The notes under the pieces are model-generated. The model was not told where the DNA came from. It saw only the letters and a program-made list of their open reading frames with translations, and did no database searches. The position numbers and the translations under genes were made by a program. DNA of 64,000 bases from Phoronis australis (Eukaryota > Animalia > Phoronida), in assembly GCA_002633005.1 (NCBI GenBank), contig NMRA01000120.1, forward strand, positions 253,056 through 317,055, given 5' to 3'. The number at the start of each line of letters is the position of its first letter. Positions within the stretch are counted from its first letter, which is position 1. Positions 62,694 to 64,000 of the stretch are shown piece after piece.

Positions 62694-64000
62694 TCAATGT
62701 TCGTATGAAGCTTTTATCATCGGTACATGCAAGCCGCTCGTGCTTGGTCGCGAGTTGGCGCCAGATGATTTCGTCAGCAATGCAACTTGCGTGGCGTGCG
62801 CTGCTGTAGTTGACGCGCTCGAATTAAAAGGGGTACCTCTGCCGTCTTTGAAACACTTCTTCAGTCTTAACAATTTCTTAAAGGCGTTCCTAAATTCTCT
62901 GTTGAAATAAGCATAGATTAAAGGATTCAAGGACGAATTAATGTAGCCTATCCAGAACAAGAGGGAGACCACGACGTCGGGGGCTTTGCACGTTTCCGGG
63001 TCACAAATCACGTTTGTTATGGTGTACCATAAAAAGAACGGTAGCCAACACATTAAGAAAGCTCCCATTATTATCCCGAGAGTTTTAGCCGCTTTATGCT
63101 CCCTTTTCATCTTTTTACGGCTACTGTGCTCAGCGTGACGGGCGTGTAAATGAGTCTTGAACTGACCACCCAATAGTTGATGGTTTTGATTATTATTTTT
63201 ATATTCTACTGCCGTTTGGAACTGCACGGCATTAGGACTAGCGTTGTAACCATTGGTTGTCTGAGTCTGAGAAACTCCTGAATGTGCGCTTGTGTCCGGC
63301 GACTGGCCATGTTCCACGCCATTTCCGTTGGCGTCAGTCGGGTTGCCGGAAAGTATCACCGAATTGTCACTGTTGCTTTCTAAGCTTGTCCTCTGCAACC
63401 GTATTCCGGCCGCATGTATAGATTTCTCCTGTTTTCTCGCCTCGTTAAAGATCCTGAGATATACTATAACCATGATAAAGGCAGGAATCCAGAAAGACAC
63501 CGACGACGAGACAGCAGCAAACGGACGAGTCACTTCAAATGCACACGAGTTCCGATCCATAAACATCTTTTGGTATAGATGGTTGGGTGTATAGATATGC
63601 GTGTGAATGGGAATGTAGGAGATGAGAAATGACACCAACCACGTGACTGTTAACATCACACCAACACGCGCTTTTGTCATTTTTGAGTCGTAGTGCAGCG
63701 GATGAATAATGGCAATGAACCGGTCTACAGATATACAACAGAGATGCAGTAACGACGCCGTGCTAAAAAGTACGTCGTTTGAATTAAATATATCACAGAC
63801 AATCGTAGAATTTGCACTGTCGAACACCCAACGATCCATGACGACTAAACTGGCGTTGAACGGCATGACCAGGACGGCGACGAGTAAGTCTGCGAGAGCC
63901 AATGAAACTATAAAGTAGTTGGTCAAACATCGCAGGCGATGAAACTTGTACACTGCTGCTACGACGAGACTGTTGCCTATAATAGCACCGAGTATAACCA
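62694..64000 (-). CDS. Beta-adrenergic-like octopamine receptor (class A amine GPCR), intronless in the visible part, 5'-truncated by the window edge
   Basis: ORF 62694..63953 stays open to the edge (VILGAIIGNSLVVAAVY). TM motifs: LALADL, CDIFNSNDVLFSTASLLHLCCISVDRF (TM3 Asp), SSSVSFWIP (TM5 serines), MKREHKAAKTLGIIMG, CWLPFF, WIGYINSSLNPLIY, typical of Oct-beta receptors. Confidence 0.92.
   Translation of the reverse strand, partial: VILGAIIGNSLVVAAVYKFHRLRCLTNYFIVSLALADLLVAVLVMPFNASLVVMDRWVFDSANSTIVCDIFNSNDVLFSTASLLHLCCISVDRFIAIIHPLHYDSKMTKARVGVMLTVTWLVSFLISYIPIHTHIYTPNHLYQKMFMDRNSCAFEVTRPFAAVSSSVSFWIPAFIMVIVYLRIFNEARKQEKSIHAAGIRLQRTSLESNSDNSVILSGNPTDANGNGVEHGQSPDTSAHSGVSQTQTTNGYNASPNAVQFQTAVEYKNNNQNHQLLGGQFKTHLHARHAEHSSRKKMKREHKAAKTLGIIMGAFLMCWLPFFLWYTITNVICDPETCKAPDVVVSLLFWIGYINSSLNPLIYAYFNREFRNAFKKLLRLKKCFKDGRGTPFNSSASTTAAHATQVALLTKSSGANSRPSTSGLHVPMIKASYEH

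Overview
Eukaryotic, AT-rich, intron-containing animal DNA. It is most likely a lophotrochozoan such as a mollusc, inferred only from the GPCR's similarity to Aplysia-type octopamine receptors. Four protein-coding genes are supported. (1) A complete 10-exon glutaredoxin-3 (GLRX3/PICOT) gene on the minus strand (27994->12668, 327 aa). (2) A complete 5-exon GH56 hyaluronidase-like gene on the plus strand (28117->33480, 403 aa), head-to-head with GLRX3 with only 122 bp between start codons. (3) An unrecognised, mostly low-complexity gene with a large terminal exon at 41712-42824 and a probable first coding exon at 39488-39544. (4) An intronless beta-adrenergic-like octopamine receptor on the minus strand (62694 to the window edge, 5'-truncated). 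The rest is a patchwork of transposon remnants: Helentron/HINE-like elements, MITEs, a Penelope GIY-YIG fragment with a decayed hammerhead motif, a THAP fragment between TTAA sites, a ~1.17-kb foldback and a possible Harbinger fossil. There are also minisatellites, two N gaps and three single-N overlaps that look like uncollapsed haplotypes. The best candidate for an undescribed system is a Helentron/HINE family whose ~145-bp internal repeats each carry a near-consensus CTCF motif, giving co-oriented CTCF arrays inside and downstream of GLRX3. All exon boundaries and motif calls were made by eye; no database searches were run.
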